Below, piece after piece: positions 10,774-19,888 of a stretch of 64,000 nt of DNA. This stretch comes from an uncultured Methylomirabilota bacterium (lineage in GTDB: Bacteria > Methylomirabilota > Methylomirabilia > Methylomirabilales > 2-02-FULL-66-22). Within the stretch, counting starts at the first letter, position 1. Each line of letters opens with the position of its first letter. The DNA is taken from NCBI GenBank assembly GCA_963705305.1, contig OY970067.1, positions 1,248,001-1,312,000 on the forward strand, written 5' to 3'. A program made the translations under genes and the position numbers. A model generated the notes under the pieces. The model saw only the letters and a program-made list of their open reading frames with translations, was not told the DNA's origin and made no database searches.

Positions 10774-11754
10774 TCACGGCTTCTCGAGCACCTCGGGATT
10801 AACCGGGAAGGCGGGCCGCCGCCCGGCGAGGACGTCAATCACGCCTTGGGCCGCGGTCTGTCCCATGTTCTCCATCGACTCCGTCGTGAAGGCACCGATG
10901 TGCGAGGTCGTCACGACGTTTTCCAGCATGAGGAGCGGGTTCCCGACCGGGGGCTCCTGCTCGAACACGTCCAAGGCGGCCCCCGCGAGTTCCTGCTTCA
11001 CCAACGCGTCGTACAGATCCGCGCTCGACACCACCCCGCCGCGAGCGATATTCACGAGATACGCCGATCGCTTCATCATCCCTAGGTGTGCCCGTGTTAC
11101 CAGGTTCTCGGTGCTCGCCGCGAGCGGCACGTGTAGCGTGATGAAGTCGGCCTCCCGGAAGATTGTGTCGAGCGGGACGTACGTGAGACCAACCTGGCGC
11201 GCGAACTCGAAGTCTCGGACGATGTCGTACCCGAGTGTCTTCATCTCGAAACCACGCGCTCGGCGTGCAACGCCCTTACCGATGTGGCCGACCCCCACGA
11301 TGCCGAGAGTTTTCCTCCATAACTCGGCCCCGATGAACTTTTCCCAGCGGCCTTGCCGGGTGGCGTTGTGCGAGAATGGGATCCGCCGTGCGACGGCGAG
11401 CATCAGGCCGAACGTCAAGTCGGCCACTGCATTCGAGTTCGCGCCCGGCGTATTCGTGACGAAGATGCCCTTGGCCGTGGCCGCGGCCACATCGATTTGG
11501 TTGACACCGACCCCATTCTTGGAAATCACCTTAAGGCGGTCTGCGGACTCGATCACCTTCCGGGTCACGTCATCTTCGCCGACGATGATGCCGTCAACGC
11601 CCCGGACGAGTTGAATGAGTTGGTCTTCTTTGAGGTTCTTTCCAGCCTGAAGATAGGGGTTCTCGGCAATCGTCATCGCGGCCGCTTTCAGCATGTCGAT
11701 CGGCTTCATGACAGTGGTGCCGATTACCCGCGAGGTGATGAGAACGGTAGGCAT
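10774..11754 (-). CDS. D-isomer-specific 2-hydroxyacid dehydrogenase (phosphoglycerate dehydrogenase-like)
   Basis: GVGVNQID, GVGHIG, NIARG, DVFEQEP and HIG motifs. Confidence 0.93.
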   Translation of the reverse strand: MPTVLITSRVIGTTVMKPIDMLKAAAMTIAENPYLQAGKNLKEDQLIQLVRGVDGIIVGEDDVTRKVIESADRLKVISKNGVGVNQIDVAAATAKGIFVTNTPGANSNAVADLTFGLMLAVARRIPFSHNATRQGRWEKFIGAELWRKTLGIVGVGHIGKGVARRARGFEMKTLGYDIVRDFEFARQVGLTYVPLDTIFREADFITLHVPLAASTENLVTRAHLGMMKRSAYLVNIARGGVVSSADLYDALVKQELAGAALDVFEQEPPVGNPLLMLENVVTTSHIGAFTTESMENMGQTAAQGVIDVLAGRRPAFPVNPEVLEKP

Positions 11755-12057
11755 TGATTGACCCTCCCATAGGTCCAGGACGATTATCGACAGCGTCCGG
11801 GAAGTTACTCACGTCTCTCAAGGGCATGTATGTGTTGGAATAAGCTGAGACACAATGGGGCGAAGCGACAAGATGGCGGTCGCGACGCGACAAGACACTG
11901 ACACAAAGAGAGCGTTTTGCTTGTCATCCTCATAGAGCATGTGATGACTCAGCATGGATAGATAATGTTTGTCGGACCAGCTGAGAGGGAAGCGACTGCC
12001 AGATGACAACAAAATTATCTCCTATTAATTCGATCTTTATGGCTGTAGCTACGAGAT

Positions 12058-12080
12058 ATGTAACATGTAATATGTTACAT
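12058..12080. promoter_or_regulatory. Perfect palindrome ATGTAACAT-N5-ATGTTACAT, candidate GntR operator
   Basis: 9-bp perfect inverted repeat in an AT-rich stretch upstream of the minus-strand operon that contains a GntR gene. Confidence 0.5.
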
Positions 12081-12209
12081 GAATTTAAAAAATCAAGGCA
12101 AATAATCCGAAGGGAAATTGAAAAACTGAGAATTGATGAAGTTAAATAGAAACAAGCTGTTACTGACATTTTGCAAGGAATTTTGTCCAGTGATAGAGTG
12201 ATATTTCTG

Positions 12210-12530
12210 GAGAACCGGTCCTCCCGGCCGGGCGGATACACCACCGATCCGGCCCACCGCCCGCTCGACATGAACGCTTTTGCCTGGCGGCCGGCCCGGC
12301 TGATCCGCTGGGCGGGCACCATCGGGCCGAACACAGCGCGGCTCGTCGCCGCCATGCTGGCGAGCCAGGCCTACCCCGAGCGGGTATATCGCTCCTGCCT
12401 GGGCCTTCTCCGACTGGGGGCCCAGCATGCCGTCGAGGAGATGGAGGCAGCCTGCCATCAGGCACTACGCCGCGGGGCCACGTCGTACAAGGCCGTCGAG
12501 CTGCTCCTCCGGACTCGACGGCAGACGAGC
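12210..12530 (+). pseudogene. IS21-family IstA C-terminal fragment
   Basis: TTDPAH.P...W.P.RLI.WA..IGP.T...YRSCLGLLRL...EAAC..AL......YK.V is the characteristic IstA tail; no N-terminus and no istB. Confidence 0.8.
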
Positions 12531-12568
12531 GGCCGCTCGGAAACTGCGGCGGCGGGACGGCTGAAGCG

Positions 12569-12859
12569 TCAGACCGTGTGGTCGCGGGAGCGTGCCAGGC
12601 GTCGCAGCGTTGCTCGGTCGCCTGCGACGAGCGTCTCTTTCTTTGCCCGGGACCAGCGCTTGACCTGCGCCTCCCGCTGTCGTGCGGCCGAGCAGGTGGG
12701 CAACTCCTCGATGTAGACGAGGGCGATGGGGGGGTCGAGGCGCGTGGTGCGGCAGGCCTGCCCCGCTCGGTGCTCTGCGTAGCGCCGATCGAGATCGGTG
12801 GTGGCGCCGGGGTAGAGCGCGCCGGAGCGGAGGCGAAGGACGTAGCTCCAGGTCGGCAT
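12569..12859 (-). CDS. Small GIY-YIG nuclease-family protein (UPF0213-like), 96 aa
   Basis: SYVLR...LYPGATTDLDRR..EH..G...T....P..LVY.E.....A..RE.QVK.WSRAKKE.L pattern. Confidence 0.88.
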   Translation of the reverse strand: MPTWSYVLRLRSGALYPGATTDLDRRYAEHRAGQACRTTRLDPPIALVYIEELPTCSAARQREAQVKRWSRAKKETLVAGDRATLRRLARSRDHTV

Positions 12860-12907
12860 CGGGCCCCTCGACATCGCTCGGGGCCATTTCGCCGCGGCTC
12901 CAGAGGA

Positions 12908-12970
12908 GCCTTGAGCAAGACGCAAGACGGCGGCAGCACCGTGGTGCCGCCGCCGTCGCGTCGAAATGGC
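12908..12970. repeat. REP-like/terminator-like long GC hairpin abutting the tRNA fragment
   Basis: GCCTTGAGC-aa-GACGC...GACGGCGGCAGCACC-GT-GGTGCCGCCGCCGTC-GCGTC-GAAATGGC; nested stems. Confidence 0.55.
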
Positions 12971-13061
12971 TCCCCGGGTAGGACTCGAATCCGCCTGCGG
13001 CGGATTTCGGCTGGTGCCTCAACCCAACCGAGCGGTTAATCCGCCGACGGCGGACTCGCTC
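12967..13061 (-). pseudogene. Degenerate tRNA-Asn 3' fragment carrying two TCCGCC-N3-GGCGGA hairpins
   Basis: 12967-12989 is identical to 13117-13139 (23 bp); similarity resumes as AACC.AGCGGTTAA...CTCGCTC; hairpins at 12990-13004 and 13040-13054. Confidence 0.7.
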
Positions 13062-13116
13062 CCCCAAAAGCCAGGACCCGCAGCGCGTACGCTCCGGGTC
13101 CCTGTCGAGCACCTGC

Positions 13117-13181
13117 TGGCTCCCCGGGTAGGACTCGAACCTACAACCTAGCGGTTAACAGCCTCTCGCTCAATGTTGAGC
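13117..13181 (-). pseudogene. tRNA-Asn(GTT) 3' portion, att-site duplicate rather than a functional tRNA
   Basis: Minus strand reads GGCTGTTAACCGCTAGGTTGTAGGTTCGAGTCCTACCCGGGGAGCCA (anticodon arm, T arm, CCA); the 5' acceptor strand (CTAAAGG) cannot pair with CCGGGGA. Confidence 0.85.
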
Positions 13182-13221
13182 AACCTTTAGAATAAGCTAG
13201 TTACAACATTCAAAAAGGTCG

Positions 13222-13244
13222 GTGGCGGTTTCAGTGGCGGTTCG
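13222..13244 (+). repeat. Tandem GTGGCGGTT repeats, putative tyrosine-integrase arm-type sites
   Basis: GTGGCGGTTTCAGTGGCGGTTCG, starting 54 nt after the anticodon-arm core ends; near-identical copies at 44935 and 45081. Confidence 0.7.
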
Positions 13245-13452
13245 TTTTTTCCCCGTGAGCGCGGTATTTTGGTTTTTCGGGAACCACAGGTGTGCCTTGG
13301 CTTACCCGGAGACTTGGGATGCGGATGCCAAGAACGATCTGAGGACACCCAGGTCGTCCACCTCACCTCGCACCTTCGGGCACCTCAATATGACAGCATT
13401 CCCTTACCCACTGGACCAATTTCCGGGGGCAAGGTCACAGAGACATTTGGAC

Positions 13453-13482
13453 TTGACAGGGGTCATATGGTCATATTATAAG
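13453..13482 (+). promoter_or_regulatory. Sigma70-like promoter with GGTCATAT direct repeat (candidate FadR autoregulatory site)
   Basis: TTGACA at 13453; TATAAG at 13477; GGTCATAT twice (13461-13476) between them, upstream of the FadR gene. Confidence 0.55.
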
Positions 13483-13508
13483 CATACAACATTTGAAAGG
13501 AGCAGCTG

Positions 13509-14270
13509 ATGCCCCTGGTAGAGCGCGAGGGTCTCCCAGAGAAAGTCATCGCCCAGGTCCGGCACCTCATCGCTTCAGGCCAGTGGCAACCTGGAACCAA
13601 ACTCCCGCCCGAGCGTGAACTGACCACCCTGTTCGGCGTGAGTCGCACGGCTCTCCGAGAAGCCTTCAGCATCCTCTCCGCTTATGGCATTGTCCGTATC
13701 CGTCATGGCGAAGGCATCTATCTTGCCCAATCCCTCGACGAGTCGATCTTTGAGCCCCTCGGTTTTGCTCTGCCTGTCGGCGAGACCACCCTGCTCGAAC
13801 TCATGGCCGTCCGGAAGCTCCTCGAAACAGGCGCGGTGGAGCTAGCGACAAAGCTGGCAACTGAGACCGATCTCGCTGAGATCAAACAGGCAGTCGCCGA
13901 CATCCAGGATAAGCATGCTCCCCTCCAGAAGCGTGTGCAGGCGGGGATTCGCTTCCATGTTGCAATCGTCAAGGCTGCCCGGAACAAGTTGATGCAGCGA
14001 CTCATTGCAAATCTCATCGGCCTCTTCGTTGCGAGCCATCGTGTGACGTTGAGCTTCGAGGAAGGTCAGTTGACAGGTCAACTCGATCACCAAGAGATCC
14101 TCGATGCAATCCAGAGCCGAAATCCCGAAAAGGCCAAACTGGCGATGCGTCGTCATCTCGAGGTGACAGAGCGGCAACTCCTACGGATCATCGCTCCTCC
14201 CACAAAGAGAAAAGGAGCGAAGCGTGAAGCCGGTGCCAGACCGGAACCACAACGGCGTCACGCCGAATGA
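13509..14270 (+). CDS. FadR/GntR-family transcriptional regulator
   Basis: KLPPEREL...FGVSRTALREA and FCD motifs. Confidence 0.93.
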   Translation: MPLVEREGLPEKVIAQVRHLIASGQWQPGTKLPPERELTTLFGVSRTALREAFSILSAYGIVRIRHGEGIYLAQSLDESIFEPLGFALPVGETTLLELMAVRKLLETGAVELATKLATETDLAEIKQAVADIQDKHAPLQKRVQAGIRFHVAIVKAARNKLMQRLIANLIGLFVASHRVTLSFEEGQLTGQLDHQEILDAIQSRNPEKAKLAMRRHLEVTERQLLRIIAPPTKRKGAKREAGARPEPQRRHAE

Positions 14271-14575
14271 GTCATGTCAATCACCGGACCTTTTTCTGGG
14301 CAAGGGGCTTCATAGTCCGCAGGAACCAGGACCGATGGCGAGGGCTGCACGTGGGGTGGGCGATCGCTCGCGTCTCCAAGCACGAAGCGGTACGAGCAAT
14401 CTAGCTTTCATCTGGGTACGGGTGGCAGCTTTTCGGCCCCGCCACGTTTCCCTCCGACACGTCTTGAACCTGGGTCGGTGAGTCGGGGGGGCCCCTGAGA
14501 GATAGCGCAAGCGACCCGCAAGCTGGAGGATGGAAGGGAGAGTCCGCCCAATTCACCCAGAAAGGAGGAGCCATC

Positions 14576-15622
14576 ATGAATAGCGAGCGATTGTATGGAT
14601 GGGGCTACAGGTGTCTGGTGGCCATTATGCTAGTGGGGCTAACCATGGGCTATGGCCAAGGGGTGGCCGCGGCCGTGAAGCCCGAATACACCATGCGTTT
14701 CGGAGGGTACCTGGCCGGGAACGACCCAACCAACGTTACCATGAAGAAGATGGCCGACCTGGTTGAGAAGAAGACGAACGGTCGGGCCAAGATCGAGGTG
14801 TTCACTGACGGTTCGCTGGGCAACGAGAAGGAGGTTACGGAGGGGGTCCGGGTGGGAACGGTGGAACTCGTGGCCAGCCTGGGCACTGGCCTGGCACAGT
14901 ACGTGCCGGAGGTTGGCGTCCTGGAGCTTCCCTTCACATCCACGGATAGCCGGGTGGCCACCAAGATGTTCCTGGATGTCATGCCGGACGTGGCCAAGTT
15001 GTCGGTGCCCAAGGGTTTCCGCCCGCTGACCGCCTGGGATATTGGGATGCGGGGGATCCTGACCAAGAAGCCGGTGCGGAGACTGGAGGACCTCAAGGGG
15101 ATGAAGATCCGGGGGCCCGCCCCGCTATATCTCGGCACGCTCCAGGCCCTGGGCGCCAATCCGATCTTCTACGCCTGGACGGACATCTACATGGCGCTGC
15201 TAACCGGTGCCGTGGATGGAATGGAGGCCTCCCCCCAGATGATCTACCCGTCCAAATTTCAGGAGGTCGCTAAGTGCTTCACCGTGAGCCGGCACATTGA
15301 CCCCGGTTACTACCTCTTGATCAACGAGAAATTCTGGGAAAAGCTGCCTCCCGACATCCAGAAGGCCGTCAAGGAGTCGGCGGATGAGGCCTTCTCCTAC
15401 ATCCAAGAGAACGGGGACAAGATCTGGAACGAGTACGCGGAGAAGATGAAGCAGGCGGGGGTGGAGTTCATCGAACTACATGACTATCCGAAGTGGGTCA
15501 AGGCGGTGGAGCAGTTCCGGGTTGACTACGCGAGCAAGCTGGGTCCGGCGGCCCCCCCGCTCTATGAGAAGGTCAAGCAGTCTGTGGCCAAGTGGGAGAA
15601 GTTCTACGGGATCAAGCGGTAG
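14576..15622 (+). CDS. dctP: TRAP transporter substrate-binding protein DctP
   Basis: Signal peptide; SLGNE, ELPF, DLKGMKIR and ALLTGAVDG motifs; AGGAGG SD. Confidence 0.92.
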   Translation: MNSERLYGWGYRCLVAIMLVGLTMGYGQGVAAAVKPEYTMRFGGYLAGNDPTNVTMKKMADLVEKKTNGRAKIEVFTDGSLGNEKEVTEGVRVGTVELVASLGTGLAQYVPEVGVLELPFTSTDSRVATKMFLDVMPDVAKLSVPKGFRPLTAWDIGMRGILTKKPVRRLEDLKGMKIRGPAPLYLGTLQALGANPIFYAWTDIYMALLTGAVDGMEASPQMIYPSKFQEVAKCFTVSRHIDPGYYLLINEKFWEKLPPDIQKAVKESADEAFSYIQENGDKIWNEYAEKMKQAGVEFIELHDYPKWVKAVEQFRVDYASKLGPAAPPLYEKVKQSVAKWEKFYGIKR

Positions 15623-15712
15623 GACCTCCACCACGTCGGCGAGGATTCCACGGGGGTTCGGTCTGGCACGCCGTGCCCACGCGCCCGATCCTGGAATTTC
15701 CAGAAGGAGTCA

Positions 15713-16930
15713 ATGATGTATGAGTACGAGGTAGTCGCCAATCCAACCTTCGACGATGTCCCTGCCTCGGAATTCCAGGCCCGGGCAGCGAGGCTCCGAG
15801 ATGGCATGCGGCAAAGGAATCTCGACTGCCTGTTCATCTTCGCCTCGTACAGCGAGGCGACCTACGCCCTCTACGTGGGGAACTTCCGTCCGTTCACCAC
15901 GTCTGCAGCCATTATCCTTCCACTGGAAGCGGACCCAGTCATCTTGTCCACCTGGGGGCAACTCGAGGGCGTTCGTAATCAAACCTGGATCCCGAAGATC
16001 CGCTGGGTGGGGGGACTCCTGAGCGATCTGTATGGGGGAAGCACGGCAGAGGCAGAACATACCAACGCTCTGGCAGAGGTGTTCCGGGAATTGCAAATCA
16101 GCCGGATGGGACTCATCAACGAGGCCAAGATCCCCTGGCCGGTCCTGGGGCGGCTCAAGGCCGCTCTACCGGGAGCTCAGTTCGAGGATGCGTCGGATCT
16201 GCTACACCGGATGATGATGACCAAGAGCCCGGCAGAGATTCGACTCCTGCGGCGTGCAGCGGAAATAGGCGACCAGAGCATGGAGCTGGCTTTCGGACTC
16301 ATTGCCCAGGACCGCGAGCGGCTGACCGAGATCGACGTGTGGGCCGCGGTCCAGGCGGCCGTCTTGAAGAAAGGTGCGGAGGTGATGGAGTCCAATTACA
16401 CGGTGGCAGCCGGCCCGCCGGGGATCCCCGGCCGCTGGGCCAGCACCCGACACTTCCGAGAGGGTGACCTCATCCGCCTTGATTTCCACTGCCGCTACAA
16501 GGGTTACTTCAACGACTGTGGGCGCATGGTGAGCCTGGGACCCCTGCCCCCGGAACATGCGGAGATCATGCAGGTCGGTGCAGAGGCTATCCGGCTCGTC
16601 ATGAATCAAATTCATCCAGGCATCCCGGCCAAGGCTGTATACGCGCCTGTGGCCAACTACCTGAAGGGGACTCGGTTCTACCCGTACTTCCAGAACGACG
16701 GTGCGGTTGGACACCACATCGGGACCTTCTTCTATGGCCACTTGGGCTATGGTGGGTTCCTCTTGGACGGCGAGACAGAGGAACTCGTGCAACCCGGCAT
16801 GGTGCTGGCTGCCCGCCTGGCACTTTGGAAGTATGAATATGGACCATTCCTTATCGAGACCTCGGTTCTAGTCACGGAGGAGGGTCTGGAGCCTCTCAAC
16901 AAGGTTAGTCTCGCGCCAATGCAGCTATGA
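15713..16930 (+). CDS. M24 (pita-bread fold) Xaa-Pro peptidase/creatinase-like enzyme
   Basis: Creatinase-type N domain; KSPAEI..LRRAA, D....YKGYFND, GHHIG and IETSVLVT motifs. Confidence 0.82.
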   Translation: MMYEYEVVANPTFDDVPASEFQARAARLRDGMRQRNLDCLFIFASYSEATYALYVGNFRPFTTSAAIILPLEADPVILSTWGQLEGVRNQTWIPKIRWVGGLLSDLYGGSTAEAEHTNALAEVFRELQISRMGLINEAKIPWPVLGRLKAALPGAQFEDASDLLHRMMMTKSPAEIRLLRRAAEIGDQSMELAFGLIAQDRERLTEIDVWAAVQAAVLKKGAEVMESNYTVAAGPPGIPGRWASTRHFREGDLIRLDFHCRYKGYFNDCGRMVSLGPLPPEHAEIMQVGAEAIRLVMNQIHPGIPAKAVYAPVANYLKGTRFYPYFQNDGAVGHHIGTFFYGHLGYGGFLLDGETEELVQPGMVLAARLALWKYEYGPFLIETSVLVTEEGLEPLNKVSLAPMQL

Positions 16931-17034
16931 CCGAGTTTTGACGTGCCTCCGTCGGGTCCTGTGCCCTTCCCGAGGCCTTCTCCCCACGAGAGAAACGAGG
17001 GTTTCAGGCAAACATCAGCCAGGGAGAGCAGCCC

Positions 17035-17830
17035 GTGAGTCTCGAACAAGTCCAGCAGGTAATCTGTCAAATCACGACCCGTTTCGATAAGAGGGGGATG
17101 GCCTTTCTACCCCCGCTGAAGGGGGATCGGACTGCTCTTGTCGACAGCAGTGCAGCCGCCTCTCCCGGGGGCCTGATCCAACCAGCGGTAGCCGAGGTCG
17201 ATTTATCCCCCAGGGAATTGGACCTGATCCTGAACACGCACGCTTATCTGGATCATGTGGGGGGAGCAACCGGGAAATCCAGTCTGTCTCCGGCGCCTGA
17301 ATTCATCTCCACCCGGCGGGGTCTGCCGATAGCGTAATCGAATGAGGCACAAGTGGAGTTCCACACGGCCCCGTAAGGGCCATTCGGTTTCCCCCGGAGG
17401 CGGTGGAGGAGCAGACGGAGTTCGTCTTCCTAAACGCCGGCATGCTGGTGAGCCCGGATGTCCTCCTCAACGACGCTGATACCATCGACCTTAGGACAGG
17501 CGAGGTCCTCCAAGTCATCCATTGTCCAAACCGCCAGCCCCGGCCATGCGGCCTACTCCTGGGAGGCGGAAGGGATCTTGCTGACGGGTGATGCCGTTCC
17601 AGGCCTGGGAGCCTTCCCGAGAGGCTACTGCTATTACTTTGACGCGACCGCATATCAGCGGTTGCTGGAAAGGCTGCAGGGGATCCCGTGCTAAGCAGTG
17701 TGTTTCGGCCATGCCTCCCATGGGGCCACGTTGATCAACTGGCCCACGGGCAAGGGACAGGAGGTATAGACGGTCCTGCAGGACTCGGTTGCAGCGGCGG
17801 GTGCAATTCGCCAAGCTGTGGCCGCGGCCA
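17035..17830 (+). pseudogene. Metallo-beta-lactamase-fold hydrolase, degraded
   Basis: LVDS, ILNTHAYLDHVGG, SPGH and LLTGDA motifs spread over several frames. Confidence 0.65.
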
Positions 17831-17949
17831 TGAATCGTCTGCCCCCCGGGGCAAGCGTGGGATTGCTCTGGCCGCCTTCGCAGATTGGATTGAAGGGGTA
17901 CTTGCTGGCAGTTCTCCGGGGTAGGGAAGCTCGGACTGGGGAAGACGCG

Positions 17950-19869
17950 ATGGCGATGGGACAGATGGAGAGGGTAGAACAGGGCCAGGTGATTGGCCAG
18001 GAAAATCAGCGTGGACCTTACCGCAGATTCCTCTCCTTCCATCCGGCGATGGCGATTGACGTGACTCTCAAGACTGTTCTGGCCTTGGCAGTTCTCAGCG
18101 AGCTTGGAGTGATCTTCTTCAGCATCCTGAGTCGCTCGCTCTTTGGCAGGCCCTGGAATTGGACCAATGAAGTGGCGGAGTTGGCCCTCTCGACGATCGC
18201 CTTCTTAGGAGGGGCCTTCGCCTACCGGCGTGGTCAACACGCCTTCATCCGCATGCTGATCGACGCCTTGCCGCTTAGGTACCGCCGCGCCTGCTACGCG
18301 CTGGTCGAACTCCTCGTCCTCGCGGTCGCGATCACGACCGGACTGAACGGTTTCCCACTCCTCGTTGCCCAATGGGACGAATTCACATTAGTCCTCCGGA
18401 TGCGCGCGACTTGGTTCGCGCTCCCGCTCGTGGCCAGCATGGGCATACTCGCCGTGACCGCGATTGAGCGACTTGTCGCCCAGCACCGTCCGACCGTGCT
18501 CGCTGTGGGGACCGCGTTCTCCACTCTTGTCCTCATCCTCGCGCTGGCGCGTAATGTATGGCGGCCCTGGTTTACCAGCGACGCCGCCCTCACCCTTGCA
18601 CTCTGCCTCTTCCTCTTCACCATCCTGATCGGACTACCCGTCGGCTTTGCGCTGCTCCTCGGTGCCCTCGCCTACATCTATGCGTCCGGCACGGTGCCGA
18701 TGATCGCGCTCGCCACCAGCACACTTAGGGGGGTCGGTAGCTTCGTGCTCCTCGCTATTCCCTTCTTCATCTTTGCAGCCATGATCATGGAGCAGGGCGG
18801 CATCAGCCTGCGTCTGGTGCGCTTGGTTCAGGCGTGTGTCGGCCATTTCCGTGGCGGACTCCTCCAGGTGATGGTTGTGAGCATGTACATCGTCTCCGGC
18901 CTGTCTGGCTCGAAGTCGGCCGACATTGCTGCCGTGGGTTCGGTCATGCGCGAGATGCTGCGCCGGCAAGGCTACAGCCTCGAGCAGGCTACGGCCGTAC
19001 TCGCGGCTTCGGCTGCAATGGGCGAGACCGTGCCCCCGAGCATAGCCATGCTGCTCCTCGGCGCAGTCACGACGCTCTCTATCGGGGCGCTCTTCCTAGC
19101 CGGCCTCATCCCAGCGGCGCTAGTCGCGATCTGCCTCATCGCGCTGATCTATTTCCAGGCCCGGCGGTCACAGAGTCAGCGCGCGCCCCGCGCTAGCCTC
19201 CGGGAGCTCGCGAGGGCAGGCGTCGAGAGCGTGTTGCCGTTCTTTATGCTGGTGATTCTCTTCGGCGGCATCATTCTCGGGATTGCCACACCGACCGAAG
19301 TCTCCTCCTTCGCGGTAGTTTACGGCCTCGTGCTTGCCGGCTTCATTTACCGCGGCTTTGGCGTTCGAGCATTCGTGCGCATTGCGATAGATTGCGCGAC
19401 GGCGTCCGGCATGATCCTCTTTATTCTGGCTGCGGCCTCGAGTTTCTCGTGGACGCTCACCATTGCCCACCTGCCCCAACGCCTCGTCGGCGTCCTGACC
19501 GGCGCGCATCAGAGCCAATGGCTGTTCTTGCTCGCGTCGATCCTGCTCCTTATTATAGCCGGCTCGATTCTCGAAGGCTTACCCTCCCTCCTCATCCTAG
19601 CGCCGATTCTGATGCCCATCGCGAGTCAAGTCGGCGTAAACGAACTTCATTATGGCATCGTCCTCATAATCGCCATGGGAATCGGGACCTTTATACCGCC
19701 GATCGGTGTTGGCTTCTATGTTACCTGTGCCGTCTGCGAGACAACAATTGAGAAATCGGCGCGAGCAATGATTCCGTACGTGGTCGTGTTGTGCGTTGGG
19801 GTCTTGCTGGTAGCGCTAGTGCCGTGGTTCACTCTGTTCCTACCTGCGCAATTCCATTTCGGCGGCTGA
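17950..19869 (+). CDS. Fused TRAP permease DctQ-DctM
   Basis: N-terminal DctQ helices (W.NEVA) followed by DctM motifs LAIPFFIFA, SGS..AD.AAVG, PPSI and ATPTE. Confidence 0.9.
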   Translation: MAMGQMERVEQGQVIGQENQRGPYRRFLSFHPAMAIDVTLKTVLALAVLSELGVIFFSILSRSLFGRPWNWTNEVAELALSTIAFLGGAFAYRRGQHAFIRMLIDALPLRYRRACYALVELLVLAVAITTGLNGFPLLVAQWDEFTLVLRMRATWFALPLVASMGILAVTAIERLVAQHRPTVLAVGTAFSTLVLILALARNVWRPWFTSDAALTLALCLFLFTILIGLPVGFALLLGALAYIYASGTVPMIALATSTLRGVGSFVLLAIPFFIFAAMIMEQGGISLRLVRLVQACVGHFRGGLLQVMVVSMYIVSGLSGSKSADIAAVGSVMREMLRRQGYSLEQATAVLAASAAMGETVPPSIAMLLLGAVTTLSIGALFLAGLIPAALVAICLIALIYFQARRSQSQRAPRASLRELARAGVESVLPFFMLVILFGGIILGIATPTEVSSFAVVYGLVLAGFIYRGFGVRAFVRIAIDCATASGMILFILAAASSFSWTLTIAHLPQRLVGVLTGAHQSQWLFLLASILLLIIAGSILEGLPSLLILAPILMPIASQVGVNELHYGIVLIIAMGIGTFIPPIGVGFYVTCAVCETTIEKSARAMIPYVVVLCVGVLLVALVPWFTLFLPAQFHFGG

Positions 19870-19888
19870 GGTATCGTGCACACCCACC

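Noticed and set aside
13117..13192. Intact tRNA-Asn gene
   Set aside because: The acceptor stem cannot form and the anticodon stem has a mismatch; treated as an att duplicate.
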